DNA from: Ardenticatenaceae bacterium
GTDB taxonomy: Bacteria > Chloroflexota > Anaerolineae > Ardenticatenales > Ardenticatenaceae
DNA length: 64,000 nucleotides
Direction: 5' to 3'
NCBI GenBank assembly: GCA_026989095.1
Contig: JALSKA010000135.1
Location: 629-64,628 of the forward strand
Shown one piece after another: positions 41,184-49,868 of the stretch. Position 1 is the first letter of the stretch. Each line of letters begins with the position of its first letter. Made by a program: the position numbers and the translations under genes. The notes under the pieces were generated by a model. It ran no database searches. It was not told where the DNA came from and saw only the letters and a list, made by a program, of their open reading frames with translations.

Positions 41184-41317
41184 TAGAGTACCCACTTGGG
41201 CCGTAGGGGTGGGACGCCGGCAGAGGAACTTCAGTCACCCGGCCGGCGTTACAGCAACAACAGCGCCGAAAGCCTGTGAACAGCCAAGCTCTGTAATCTC
41301 GTGTGAGGAGGAACGCT

Positions 41318-42010
41318 ATGAGCCGTTTTGTTCAACGGGGGCGAGCCGTGCTGTTCGTCCTGGCCCTGTTGGCCGTGGGAGTCGTCGCCTGTGAGCGGCC
41401 CAAGTCAGAGGTCGTGCAGGCCACCGCCACCCCGGCCGAGCAAATTACCGGAGACGTGATGGTGCCCACCGTTCCCCCGGCAACGCCGACGCCCGAGGAA
41501 ACCGAGCCCACCCCGCCGCCGCCTCCTACGGCCGAGCCCGAGGAGGCCACAGCGGCACCTCCCGGCCAGCCCGAAGCAGAGCCCACCACCGTGGCCGTCG
41601 AGAGCCCGACCCCCACGCCGGAGCCGGCCATGGCCGAAGCGGAGGCCACGCCTGCCCCGTCCGGCGTCACGCCGGCCGAGGAGAGCTCCCCCGCCGCCCA
41701 ACAACGGGTCCACGTGGTCCAGAAGGGCGATTGGATCTACGCCATCGCCCGCCGATACGGGGTCTCCCCTCAAGCCATCATTCGCGCGAACAACATCCAG
41801 TCGCCTGACCTCGTCTTCCCCGGCCAAGTGCTCGTCATTCCCTCCGACGGCGGCGCGCCGCCAGCCGGCCGGGTCGAGCACGTGGTGAAGGCTGGCGAGA
41901 CCCTCTTCAGCATCGCGCGACAATACGGCACCACCGTCCAAGAGATCAAGCGCCTGAACGGGCTGGAGACCGACGTCATCTACGTGGGGCAGGTTCTCGT
42001 CATCCCATAA
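41318..42010 (+). CDS. lipoprotein with two LysM peptidoglycan-binding domains
   Basis: ATG at 41318 lies 6 nt after GAGGAGG. Lipobox-like LAVGVVAC. Pro/Thr/Glu-rich linker. Two LysM repeats (HVVQKGDWIYAIARRYGV.. and HVVKAGETLFSIARQYGT..). Confidence 0.85.
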   Translation: MSRFVQRGRAVLFVLALLAVGVVACERPKSEVVQATATPAEQITGDVMVPTVPPATPTPEETEPTPPPPPTAEPEEATAAPPGQPEAEPTTVAVESPTPTPEPAMAEAEATPAPSGVTPAEESSPAAQQRVHVVQKGDWIYAIARRYGVSPQAIIRANNIQSPDLVFPGQVLVIPSDGGAPPAGRVEHVVKAGETLFSIARQYGTTVQEIKRLNGLETDVIYVGQVLVIP

Positions 42011-42086
42011 TCAAGGTGACCCGGGGACCAAGAAGTCCGCGTTGCCATCAGCCCAACGTCCAACACTGAGATGCCCAAGGTTCCTT

Positions 42087-42115
42087 TTGACAAATTCGGC
42101 GCTCTGCGCCATAAT
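42087..42115 (+). promoter_or_regulatory. near-consensus sigma-70-type promoter upstream of the sulfur-carrier operon
   Basis: TTGACA, 17 nt, CATAAT. It lies ~335 nt upstream of the first start codon (42452). Confidence 0.55.
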
Positions 42116-42121
42116 CTGCCT

Positions 42122-42388
42122 GTGTCCGTGAGAGCGGAGAAAAAGCAGGGAACGAAATGAGGGGCATGGCCTTGATGTTGACCACAAGGTGCATCTGTAT
42201 CAGGCGGGGGCGTTAGCCGCCGCCTGATCGGAAGCCTGCCCGTCGCCCACACGGGCCGACGGTGGCTAACGCTCCCGCACTCCACCCCCCGCGCCCCCGG
42301 TTGGGGCAGGGCGTGTTGGTGCTGGAGTGATCCCTTCACCCAATGAGGGGAGGGCGTGCAGAGCCCAGAAGCCACCGTCGGCCTTTTT
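42122..42388 (+). promoter_or_regulatory. unclassified structured 5' leader / attenuator (or small RNA) ending in a terminator-like element
   Basis: Hairpin 42199..42228 (AUCAGGCGG/CCGCCUGAU). A 13-nt perfect long-range pairing, GGCCGACGGUGGC (42254..42266) with GCCACCGUCGGCC (42371..42383), is followed by UUUUU (42384..42388). The enclosed 104 nt contain GC-rich sub-helices. Confidence 0.45.
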
Positions 42389-42451
42389 GTATGTCAGGAA
42401 AACGGCGTGTCGTTCGTTGATCACAATTTCCCAATTCAAGGAGGGGTGCAT

Positions 42452-43324
<873 letters not shown>

Positions 43325-43402
43325 CCGTGTGAACACAGCCCACGCCCCCGGGAGCTGCCCGGGGGCCCATCACCCAACAATCCTGTGAGAGAGGTGGAAG
43401 AG

Positions 43403-43684
43403 ATGGCAACCGTGTACGTCCCGACTCCTTTGCGCCGCCTCACCGGCGGCCAGGCTCGCGTGCAGGTGGAAGCCGGCACTGTCGGCGAGCTCATCGAGAA
43501 GCTGGAGGCCCAGTTTCCCGGCTTCAAGAACCGGCTGGTGGAAGCCGAAAGCGGCGAAATCAAGCGGTTTATCAACGTCTTCGTGAACGGGGAGGAAATC
43601 CGCTCGCTCCAGGGCACCGAGACCCCCTTGGACGAGAACGCCGAGGTGAGCATCATCCCGGCGATGGCCGGCGGCCTGGGGTAG
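43403..43684 (+). CDS. ThiS/MoaD-family sulfur-carrier protein (CysO-like) with a GG-LG C-terminus
   Basis: 93 aa. Beta-grasp-like sequence ending ..SIIPAMAGGLG. RBS is GAGGTGG. Confidence 0.8.
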   Translation: MATVYVPTPLRRLTGGQARVQVEAGTVGELIEKLEAQFPGFKNRLVEAESGEIKRFINVFVNGEEIRSLQGTETPLDENAEVSIIPAMAGGLG

Positions 43685-43804
43685 GGAAAAGGGCTCGATC
43701 CGAGAGGTGCAACTCGATGATGAAGTCCCACGCTGTGGTGGGCGCCTCCCCGTGAGGCGCCCTTGTCAACGGCACGGCGTGATACGCGCAAGAAGGGGTG
43801 AACC

Positions 43805-45031
43805 ATGACACAGAGGAAGGTGACACGGGACGAACTGTTGGCCTACGTGAAATCGCAGATCAAGGAAATTGACGTTCAGGGATTGAAGAGGTGGCTCGAG
43901 CAGGGTCCTCCTCCGCGCGTGGTGGACATTCGCGAGCGCGACGAGTTCGAGCAGGGGTTCATCCCCGGGGCCAAGTTCATCCCACGGGGACACTTGGAGC
44001 TCCAGATCGAGGACTATGAGCCGGACCGGGAGACGCCCATCGTGCTCTACTGTGCCGGGGGCGTGCGCTCAGCCTTGGCCGCCAAGGCCCTCCAAGATAT
44101 GGGCTATCAACATGTCTACTCCCTGGCCGGCGGGTTCTCGGCCTGGAAGCACGCCGGCCTGCCCTTCGACGTGCCCCGCAAGATGACCGACGAACAGCGC
44201 ATCCGCTATTCCCGCCACATGCTCATCCCCGAGGTGGGCGAGGAGGGGCAGTGGAAGCTCTTGGACGCCAAGGTGCTGCTCATTGGCGCAGGCGGGCTGG
44301 GCTCCCCGGCGGCCATGTACTTGGCCGCGGCCGGCGTGGGCACCTTGGGCATTGTGGACTACGACGTGGTGGACCTGAGCAACCTCCAACGCCAGATCCT
44401 GCACGGCGTGGAGGACATCGGCCGGGCCAAGGTGGAATCGGCCCGCGAGACGCTGGCCTCCATCAACCCTGACGTGCGGGTGATCGCTCACAACACGCCC
44501 CTCAACAGCGAGAACGTCATGGAGATCATCCGCGATTACGACATCGTTGTCAACGGCTCGGACAACTTCCCCACCCGATACCTGATCAACGATGCCTGTG
44601 TGATGGCCGGCAAGCCCCTGGTGGACGGTTCCATCTTCCAGTTTGAAGGCCAGGTAACCGTCTACAAGGCCGACGAGGGCCCGTGCTACCGCTGCCTCTT
44701 CCCCACGCCGCCCCCACCGGGCGAGGTGCCCTCGTGCGCGGAGGGGGGCGTGCTGGGCGTGTTGCCCGGCGTGGTGGGCTGCCTCCAGGCCGTGGAGGCC
44801 ATCAAGCTCATCCTGGGGCTGGGCCACCCCCTGATCGGGCGACTGCTCCTCTACGACGCCCTCAGCGCCGAATTCCACGAGGTGCGCCTGCGCAAGAACC
44901 CGCGCTGCCCGGTCTGTGGCGAGAACCCCACCATCACCGAGCTCATCGATTACGAGGAGTTCTGCGGCGTGCCGCTGCCACGCCGTGACGGCGCGGCCCA
45001 ACACGCCCAACCCCTGCTGGAAACGGTGTAG
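43805..45031 (+). CDS. E1-like adenylyltransferase (ThiF/MoeB/MoeZ family) with N-terminal rhodanese domain
   Basis: The N-terminal rhodanese has catalytic-loop Cys CAGGVRS. ATP motif is GAGGLGS. Also has NLQRQ and zinc motifs CYRC..CAEGG..CPVCG. Confidence 0.9.
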   Translation: MTQRKVTRDELLAYVKSQIKEIDVQGLKRWLEQGPPPRVVDIRERDEFEQGFIPGAKFIPRGHLELQIEDYEPDRETPIVLYCAGGVRSALAAKALQDMGYQHVYSLAGGFSAWKHAGLPFDVPRKMTDEQRIRYSRHMLIPEVGEEGQWKLLDAKVLLIGAGGLGSPAAMYLAAAGVGTLGIVDYDVVDLSNLQRQILHGVEDIGRAKVESARETLASINPDVRVIAHNTPLNSENVMEIIRDYDIVVNGSDNFPTRYLINDACVMAGKPLVDGSIFQFEGQVTVYKADEGPCYRCLFPTPPPPGEVPSCAEGGVLGVLPGVVGCLQAVEAIKLILGLGHPLIGRLLLYDALSAEFHEVRLRKNPRCPVCGENPTITELIDYEEFCGVPLPRRDGAAQHAQPLLETV

Positions 45032-45035
45032 CGCC

Positions 45036-46034
45036 ATGACCATTTCCATGCGCTCTCCCGCCACAATCGTCGCCGACGGTGTGCCCACCGTGCGCGAGCG
45101 CGTGGCTCGCCACGAGGCCATGTTACACCGGCCGGTGAGCCTCCTGGAGCGGGTGGGCAACACGCCCCTGCTCCGCCTCCACCGGCTGGCCGCGGACTTG
45201 TCCAAGGGCGTGGAAGTCTACGCCAAGGCCGAGTGGTTCAACCCGGGCGGCTCCGTCAAGGACCGCCCGGCTTTGCGCATCATCGAGGCGGCCGAGGAGG
45301 CCGGCCTCCTGACGCCCGACAAGGTGATCATAGACAGCACCTCCGGCAACACGGGCATCGCCTACGCCTGGATCGGCGCTGTCAAGGGCTACCGCGTGAC
45401 GCTGGTGATGCCGGAGAACGTGAGTGAGGAGCGCAAGCGCATCCTGCGCGCCTACGGGGCCGAGCTGATCTTCAGCGATCCCCTCGAGGGATCGGACGGC
45501 GCCCTGCGGCTCGTGCGGGAGATCGTGGCCCAAAGCCCGGAGCGATACTTCTACGCCGACCAGTACAACAACCCCGACAACTGGCGAGCTCACTTCCACA
45601 CCACCGGGCCGGAAATTTGGGTGCAGACCCAAGGCCGCATTACTCACCTCGTGGCCGGCGTGGGCACCAGCGGCACGTTGATGGGCACGGGCCGCTTCCT
45701 GCGCCGGGTCAACCCCGACATCACCATCGTGGCCGTGGAGCCCGAGGACGAGCTGGCCATCATCGAGGGGCTGAAGCACATGGAAACGGCCATCGTGCCG
45801 GGCATCTACGAGCCGGCGCTGGTGGATCGGACTGTCCACGTCTCACCAGAGGCCGCCTACCACATGACATGCCGCCTGGCCCGCGAGGAGGGGTGGTTCG
45901 TGGGGTTCAGCGCGGGGGCGGCCATGCACGTGGCCCTGGAGGTGGCCCGAACGCTGACCGAGGGCGTGGTCGTGGCCATTTTGCCGGACGGAGGGGCCAA
46001 ATATCTCAGCCTGCTTCGCCCAGAAGCGGGGTGA
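45036..46034 (+). CDS. cysM: cysteine synthase B-like PLP enzyme (CysM/O-phosphoserine sulfhydrylase type)
   Basis: Has GNTPLL, the PLP-lysine motif NPGGSVKDR, and STSGNTGIAYA. The start is uncertain (45036, 45048 or 45120). Confidence 0.85.
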   Translation: MTISMRSPATIVADGVPTVRERVARHEAMLHRPVSLLERVGNTPLLRLHRLAADLSKGVEVYAKAEWFNPGGSVKDRPALRIIEAAEEAGLLTPDKVIIDSTSGNTGIAYAWIGAVKGYRVTLVMPENVSEERKRILRAYGAELIFSDPLEGSDGALRLVREIVAQSPERYFYADQYNNPDNWRAHFHTTGPEIWVQTQGRITHLVAGVGTSGTLMGTGRFLRRVNPDITIVAVEPEDELAIIEGLKHMETAIVPGIYEPALVDRTVHVSPEAAYHMTCRLAREEGWFVGFSAGAAMHVALEVARTLTEGVVVAILPDGGAKYLSLLRPEAG

Positions 46035-46101
46035 AGGAGCCTCGGTCGAGGGGTACAGGTGGCCGCCACGCCCGCGGCCGGCCCAAGATCGGCCGTGCTT
46101 G

Positions 46102-47469
46102 CTACACGCGGGCGGTGTCGTAGAGCCGCCCGCGAATGGCCATCACCTCCCGACGGAGCTGTTCGTCTCCCTCCACCGCTTGGGCTACCTTCTCGTACCC
46201 GTACAACACTGTGGAGTGGTCACGTCCGCCCAAGGCCTCGCCGATTCGGATGAGCGAGGCGTCCGTCTCCTCGCGGGCCAAGTACATGGCCACCTGACGG
46301 GCGTGGACGATGTGTTTGCGCCGGCTGGGGCTTTTCAGGTCCTCCACCGAGAGATGGTAGAAGCGGGCGACCTCCTCAATGACCCGGCCGAGCTCGAGGG
46401 CCGGTGGCCGCTCCAGCACGTCCTGGAGCACGCGCTCGGCCAACTCCACTGTGAGCGGCTGTTGCCCGAACTGGGCGTAGGCGACCACACGGGTCAGGGC
46501 CCCCTCCAGCTCCCGGATGTTGCTCTGCACCCTGTGGGCGATGAGGTGAATGACTGCGTCCGGGACCGGGACCGGTTGGCCCTCTGCCTTGGCGTGGAGG
46601 ATGGCGATGCGCGTCTCCAAGTCGGGCGGGGCGATGTCACACACCAGCCCACCCTCGAAGCGGGAGCGCAGCCGCTCCTCCAGCAGGGGAATGGCTCTCG
46701 GCGGGCGGTCACTGCTGATGACGATCTGCCTGTTGGCCGCGTGAAGGGCGTTGAACGTGTGGAAGAACTCCTCCTGCGTGCTCTCCTTGCCGGCGATGAA
46801 CTGAATGTCGTCCACCAGGAGCACGTCAGCCCCCCGGTACCTGGCGCGGAAGGCCTCGGTGTTCTGCGTGCGGATGTCGGCGATGAACTCGTTGGTGAAC
46901 CGCTCGGACGAGACGTAGACGGCCTTCAGGTTTTGGGCCAACACCTTGTGAGCAATGGCGTGGAGCAAGTGCGTCTTGCCCAACCCCACGCCGCCGTAGA
47001 TGAAGAGGGGATTGTACGCCTGAGCCGGCCGCTCGGCCACAGCCAGGGCCGCGGCATGGGCCAAGCGGTTGCTCGGCCCCACAATGAAGGTCTCGAAGGT
47101 ATAGCGGGCTTGGAGCGGGTTGCCGGCCGGCGGCTGAAGAGCACTCGGGTTCGGCTCCCCCCCGACGCCTGCGCTGTGGGCTCCGCCGGCCACGTGGCCG
47201 TTGGCCCGCCTGACGGTGAACTGCACCTCCACATCCTCGCCCACGTGGCGTGCCAACGTCCTGCGAATCAGGGGCTGGAGGCGGTTCTCCAACCAATCGG
47301 CCGCATACGGGCTGGGCGTGCCGATAACATACGTCTGGCCCTGACGGCCGACCAGCTCCGTCCCCTGCATCCACGTCTCGAAGGTCGCGCGGGTCATTTG
47401 GAGCTGGATGTCACCTAACACGGCGTCCCAAAGGCGCTTGAGATCGAGATCGGCCGAGCCGGCGTTCAC
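46102..47469 (-). CDS. dnaA: chromosomal replication initiator DnaA
   Basis: GTG start after AAGGAGG. Has the Walker A motif GGVGLGKTHL and the C-terminal DNA-binding signature VAMYLARE..GGRDHSTVLY. Confidence 0.95.
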   Translation of the reverse strand: MNAGSADLDLKRLWDAVLGDIQLQMTRATFETWMQGTELVGRQGQTYVIGTPSPYAADWLENRLQPLIRRTLARHVGEDVEVQFTVRRANGHVAGGAHSAGVGGEPNPSALQPPAGNPLQARYTFETFIVGPSNRLAHAAALAVAERPAQAYNPLFIYGGVGLGKTHLLHAIAHKVLAQNLKAVYVSSERFTNEFIADIRTQNTEAFRARYRGADVLLVDDIQFIAGKESTQEEFFHTFNALHAANRQIVISSDRPPRAIPLLEERLRSRFEGGLVCDIAPPDLETRIAILHAKAEGQPVPVPDAVIHLIAHRVQSNIRELEGALTRVVAYAQFGQQPLTVELAERVLQDVLERPPALELGRVIEEVARFYHLSVEDLKSPSRRKHIVHARQVAMYLAREETDASLIRIGEALGGRDHSTVLYGYEKVAQAVEGDEQLRREVMAIRGRLYDTARV

Positions 47470-48109
47470 ACCCCACCTCCTTCACGTTGTGCTCCTTGCT
47501 CGCCACACCCCGCGTTGCGGGGAACGAGGTGTGGCCACACCCCTGTGGCACCGGTTACCCGGTACCGACACGTGGACGAGAAACACAGGGCTCCATGACA
47601 GACGGGTAGAACGTGCCCGGGCGCACGAGTGGCGCGTGAGATGACACCTTGGAGAAGCGTTGCCCACTGCGAGTGTGTTGGTGTCGAGTGTCTGGCGGAG
47701 CCGTCTACACGTGGACCGCCCAACCTGCACTGGCGGACGATCGTTGTCGGGCTCCTCCGGCGCCGGGGAGCAGAGGCGCCGGCCAACCCGTTGTCCGGCC
47801 AAAGACGAGGCGAAGATCCGGCGTCTCCTGCGTCTGATGTGCGCCAGATTGTAGCAAAGGCCACGTGGGGTGGCAAACGGCCTCGGATTACGCCTTTTCC
47901 TTTCCATTATGTTCTCCTACAATATGCAGTAGGGAAGAGCCCTTCCGGACTACTAGATGTTGTAGTTGTGGGTTCAGAGGTCCCTGGGTTGACATAGTTG
48001 ACAGGTGGCCAGGAGAAAATTTTAAGGTTTGTGAACAAATTCCCATGAGGGCTGGGACTTTCGGCGATCCCGGCCACAATCACAGGAACTCGACCAGGAG
48101 GCGCCAGAA

Positions 48110-49636
48110 ATGAGCAGCCGTCGGCGAAACATGTGGTGGGGCGTGTGGCTTGGGGTTGTCCTTGTGGTCGCCTTGGGAACGCCGGCGTTGGCCAATCCCC
48201 CGGAATATGAGCTGTGGCGCCAGGCCGTGTGGCACAGGGCCTGGCGCGCCCACGTGGTGGACGCCGACACCGGTGCCCCCCTGCCGGGAGCAGTGGTGGA
48301 AACACCCTACGGCGCACGGCGTGCGGACGCGCGGGGCTCAGTCTCCCTCCTGGGCGTGTACGGGGTGCCGGTCCGCGCCTCGGCGCCGGGCTACGAGCCC
48401 GCCGACGTGCCCTTGGAGGCCGACGGCCAGGTGATTCGGCTGCGCTCGTCACGGCCACGGGTTCACGTTGTGGACGCGCGCACGGGCACACCGGTGGCCG
48501 GCGCCGTGGTGGCGTGGGAGGGCCAATGGGCAGTCACCGACGAGCGAGGAGTGGCCTTCCTGCCGGCCCGGCCCTTGGGGCCGCTGACCGTGAAACGGGC
48601 GGCGTACCGGCGCGCCGTGGCGAGCACTCCGGGAAGGGCCACCTTAGTGCGCCTCGAGCCCATCCACGTGCGCGGCTTCTACCTCGCCTTCGGTTTCTTG
48701 AACCGGCCGCGGGCCGTGGTCGAAGAATACTTGGACCGGGCCGCGCAGGCCGGGCTCAACGCCGTGGTGATCGACGCCAAAGGGGACCGGGGATACCTCG
48801 CCTGGGAGAGCGCCCACCCGGACGCGCGCCTGAACGGGGTCAACGGCCGCGCGGCCATCTCGGCGGCAGAGTTCTTGGAGATGGCCCGCCGGCGGGGCTT
48901 TTACGTGATCGCCCGGCTGGTGGTCTTCAAGGACAACCCCTTGGCCGAAGCTCAACCCCACCGCGCCGTGCGCCGGGCCGACGGCACCATCTGGCGCGAC
49001 CGAGAGGGCCTGGGCTGGGCCGACCCCCGCCTGCCCGAAAATTGGGAGTACAACATCGCCCTGGCACGGGAATTGGCCGAGATGGGGTTCGACGAGGTCA
49101 ACCTTGACTACATCCGCTTTCCCTCCGACGGCAACCTCCGGGCCATCGCCTGGGGTGAGGAGCTCACTGCCGAGGCGCGCACCGAGACCATCAGCCGCTT
49201 TCTCCAGGCCGCCCAGCAGGCCCTTCGCCCCACGCCGGCCCTGATGAGCGGGGATGTCTTCGGGCTGACGCCGGCCGTCTACCACTCGGACATGAACATC
49301 GGCCAGACGGTGGAGACGATGGCGCCCTACATGGACATCTTCTGCCCCATGAGCTACCCGGCCACGTACATTCCCGGCAACATGGGACTCACCGATCCGG
49401 TCCGCCAGCCCTACGAGACCGTCTACCGGGCCACGGCCGAGGCGGTCAGGCGCAGCGCCTCGCCCGTGCGCCCTTGGCTCCAGGCCTACTCGTGGGCCGG
49501 CGTCGTCTACGACGCCGACGAGCTCTACGCCCAAATTCGCGCGGCCGAGGAGGCAGGGGCCATCGGGTGGCTCTTCTGGAACGCCGGAGGGAGCTACGAC
49601 CTGCTCTTCGAGGCGCTCGGAGCACAGCAGCCGTGA
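48110..49636 (+). CDS. secreted putative glycoside hydrolase (DUF4015/GHL10-like TIM barrel) with N-terminal carboxypeptidase-regulatory-like repeats
   Basis: Has a signal peptide and repeats VVDADTGAPLPGAVVE and VVDARTGTPVAGAVVA. Core segment is NAVVIDAKGD..GFDEVNLDYIRFPSDG. Confidence 0.75.
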   Translation: MSSRRRNMWWGVWLGVVLVVALGTPALANPPEYELWRQAVWHRAWRAHVVDADTGAPLPGAVVETPYGARRADARGSVSLLGVYGVPVRASAPGYEPADVPLEADGQVIRLRSSRPRVHVVDARTGTPVAGAVVAWEGQWAVTDERGVAFLPARPLGPLTVKRAAYRRAVASTPGRATLVRLEPIHVRGFYLAFGFLNRPRAVVEEYLDRAAQAGLNAVVIDAKGDRGYLAWESAHPDARLNGVNGRAAISAAEFLEMARRRGFYVIARLVVFKDNPLAEAQPHRAVRRADGTIWRDREGLGWADPRLPENWEYNIALARELAEMGFDEVNLDYIRFPSDGNLRAIAWGEELTAEARTETISRFLQAAQQALRPTPALMSGDVFGLTPAVYHSDMNIGQTVETMAPYMDIFCPMSYPATYIPGNMGLTDPVRQPYETVYRATAEAVRRSASPVRPWLQAYSWAGVVYDADELYAQIRAAEEAGAIGWLFWNAGGSYDLLFEALGAQQP

Positions 49637-49643
49637 AAATAGG

Positions 49644-49672
49644 GACATCCCGGCCACGGGGGCCGGGATGTC
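49644..49672 (-). terminator. 12-bp GC-rich hairpin terminator between convergent genes
   Basis: GACATCCCGGCC-acggg-GGCCGGGATGTC. On the minus strand it is followed by CCUAUUUUC. There is no U-tract on the plus strand. Confidence 0.55.
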
Positions 49673-49718
49673 TGGGCATGGAGGGCAGGACCGAGAGGGA
49701 GGGCGAGAGTGTCAGCGC

Positions 49719-49811
49719 TCACTCTTCGCTTTTCTTGTGCAGCCGCTGGGGCACGATGACCCACATGCCGAACATGACTGCGAACGAGATCACACCCAAC
49801 ACCACTTCCAT
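49719..49811 (-). CDS. candidate 30-aa hydrophobic micro-protein downstream of amt
   Basis: My translation is MEVVLGVISFAVMFGMWVIVPQRLHKKSEE. The ATG lies 7 nt after GAGGAGG. It sits between the amt stop and the terminator hairpin. Confidence 0.35.
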   Translation of the reverse strand: MEVVLGVISFAVMFGMWVIVPQRLHKKSEE

Positions 49812-49868
49812 GATCAACCTCCTCGAACGTGTTCTTTCGGTTTTCGTCTCCAGCCAAGGGCCAACGGA

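Noticed and set aside
42122-42388. Classification of the sulfur-operon leader as a SAM-I/SAM-IV riboswitch, a Cys T-box or a Moco riboswitch.
   Set aside because: The SAM-I core elements (GAGGGA kink-turn context, GCAACC, GGUGCUAA-type junction) are absent. GGUGGCUAACGC only loosely resembles the T-box GGUGGNACCGCG, and the terminator stem encloses 104 nt, unlike T-box terminators. I found no convincing Moco consensus. It is left unclassified.
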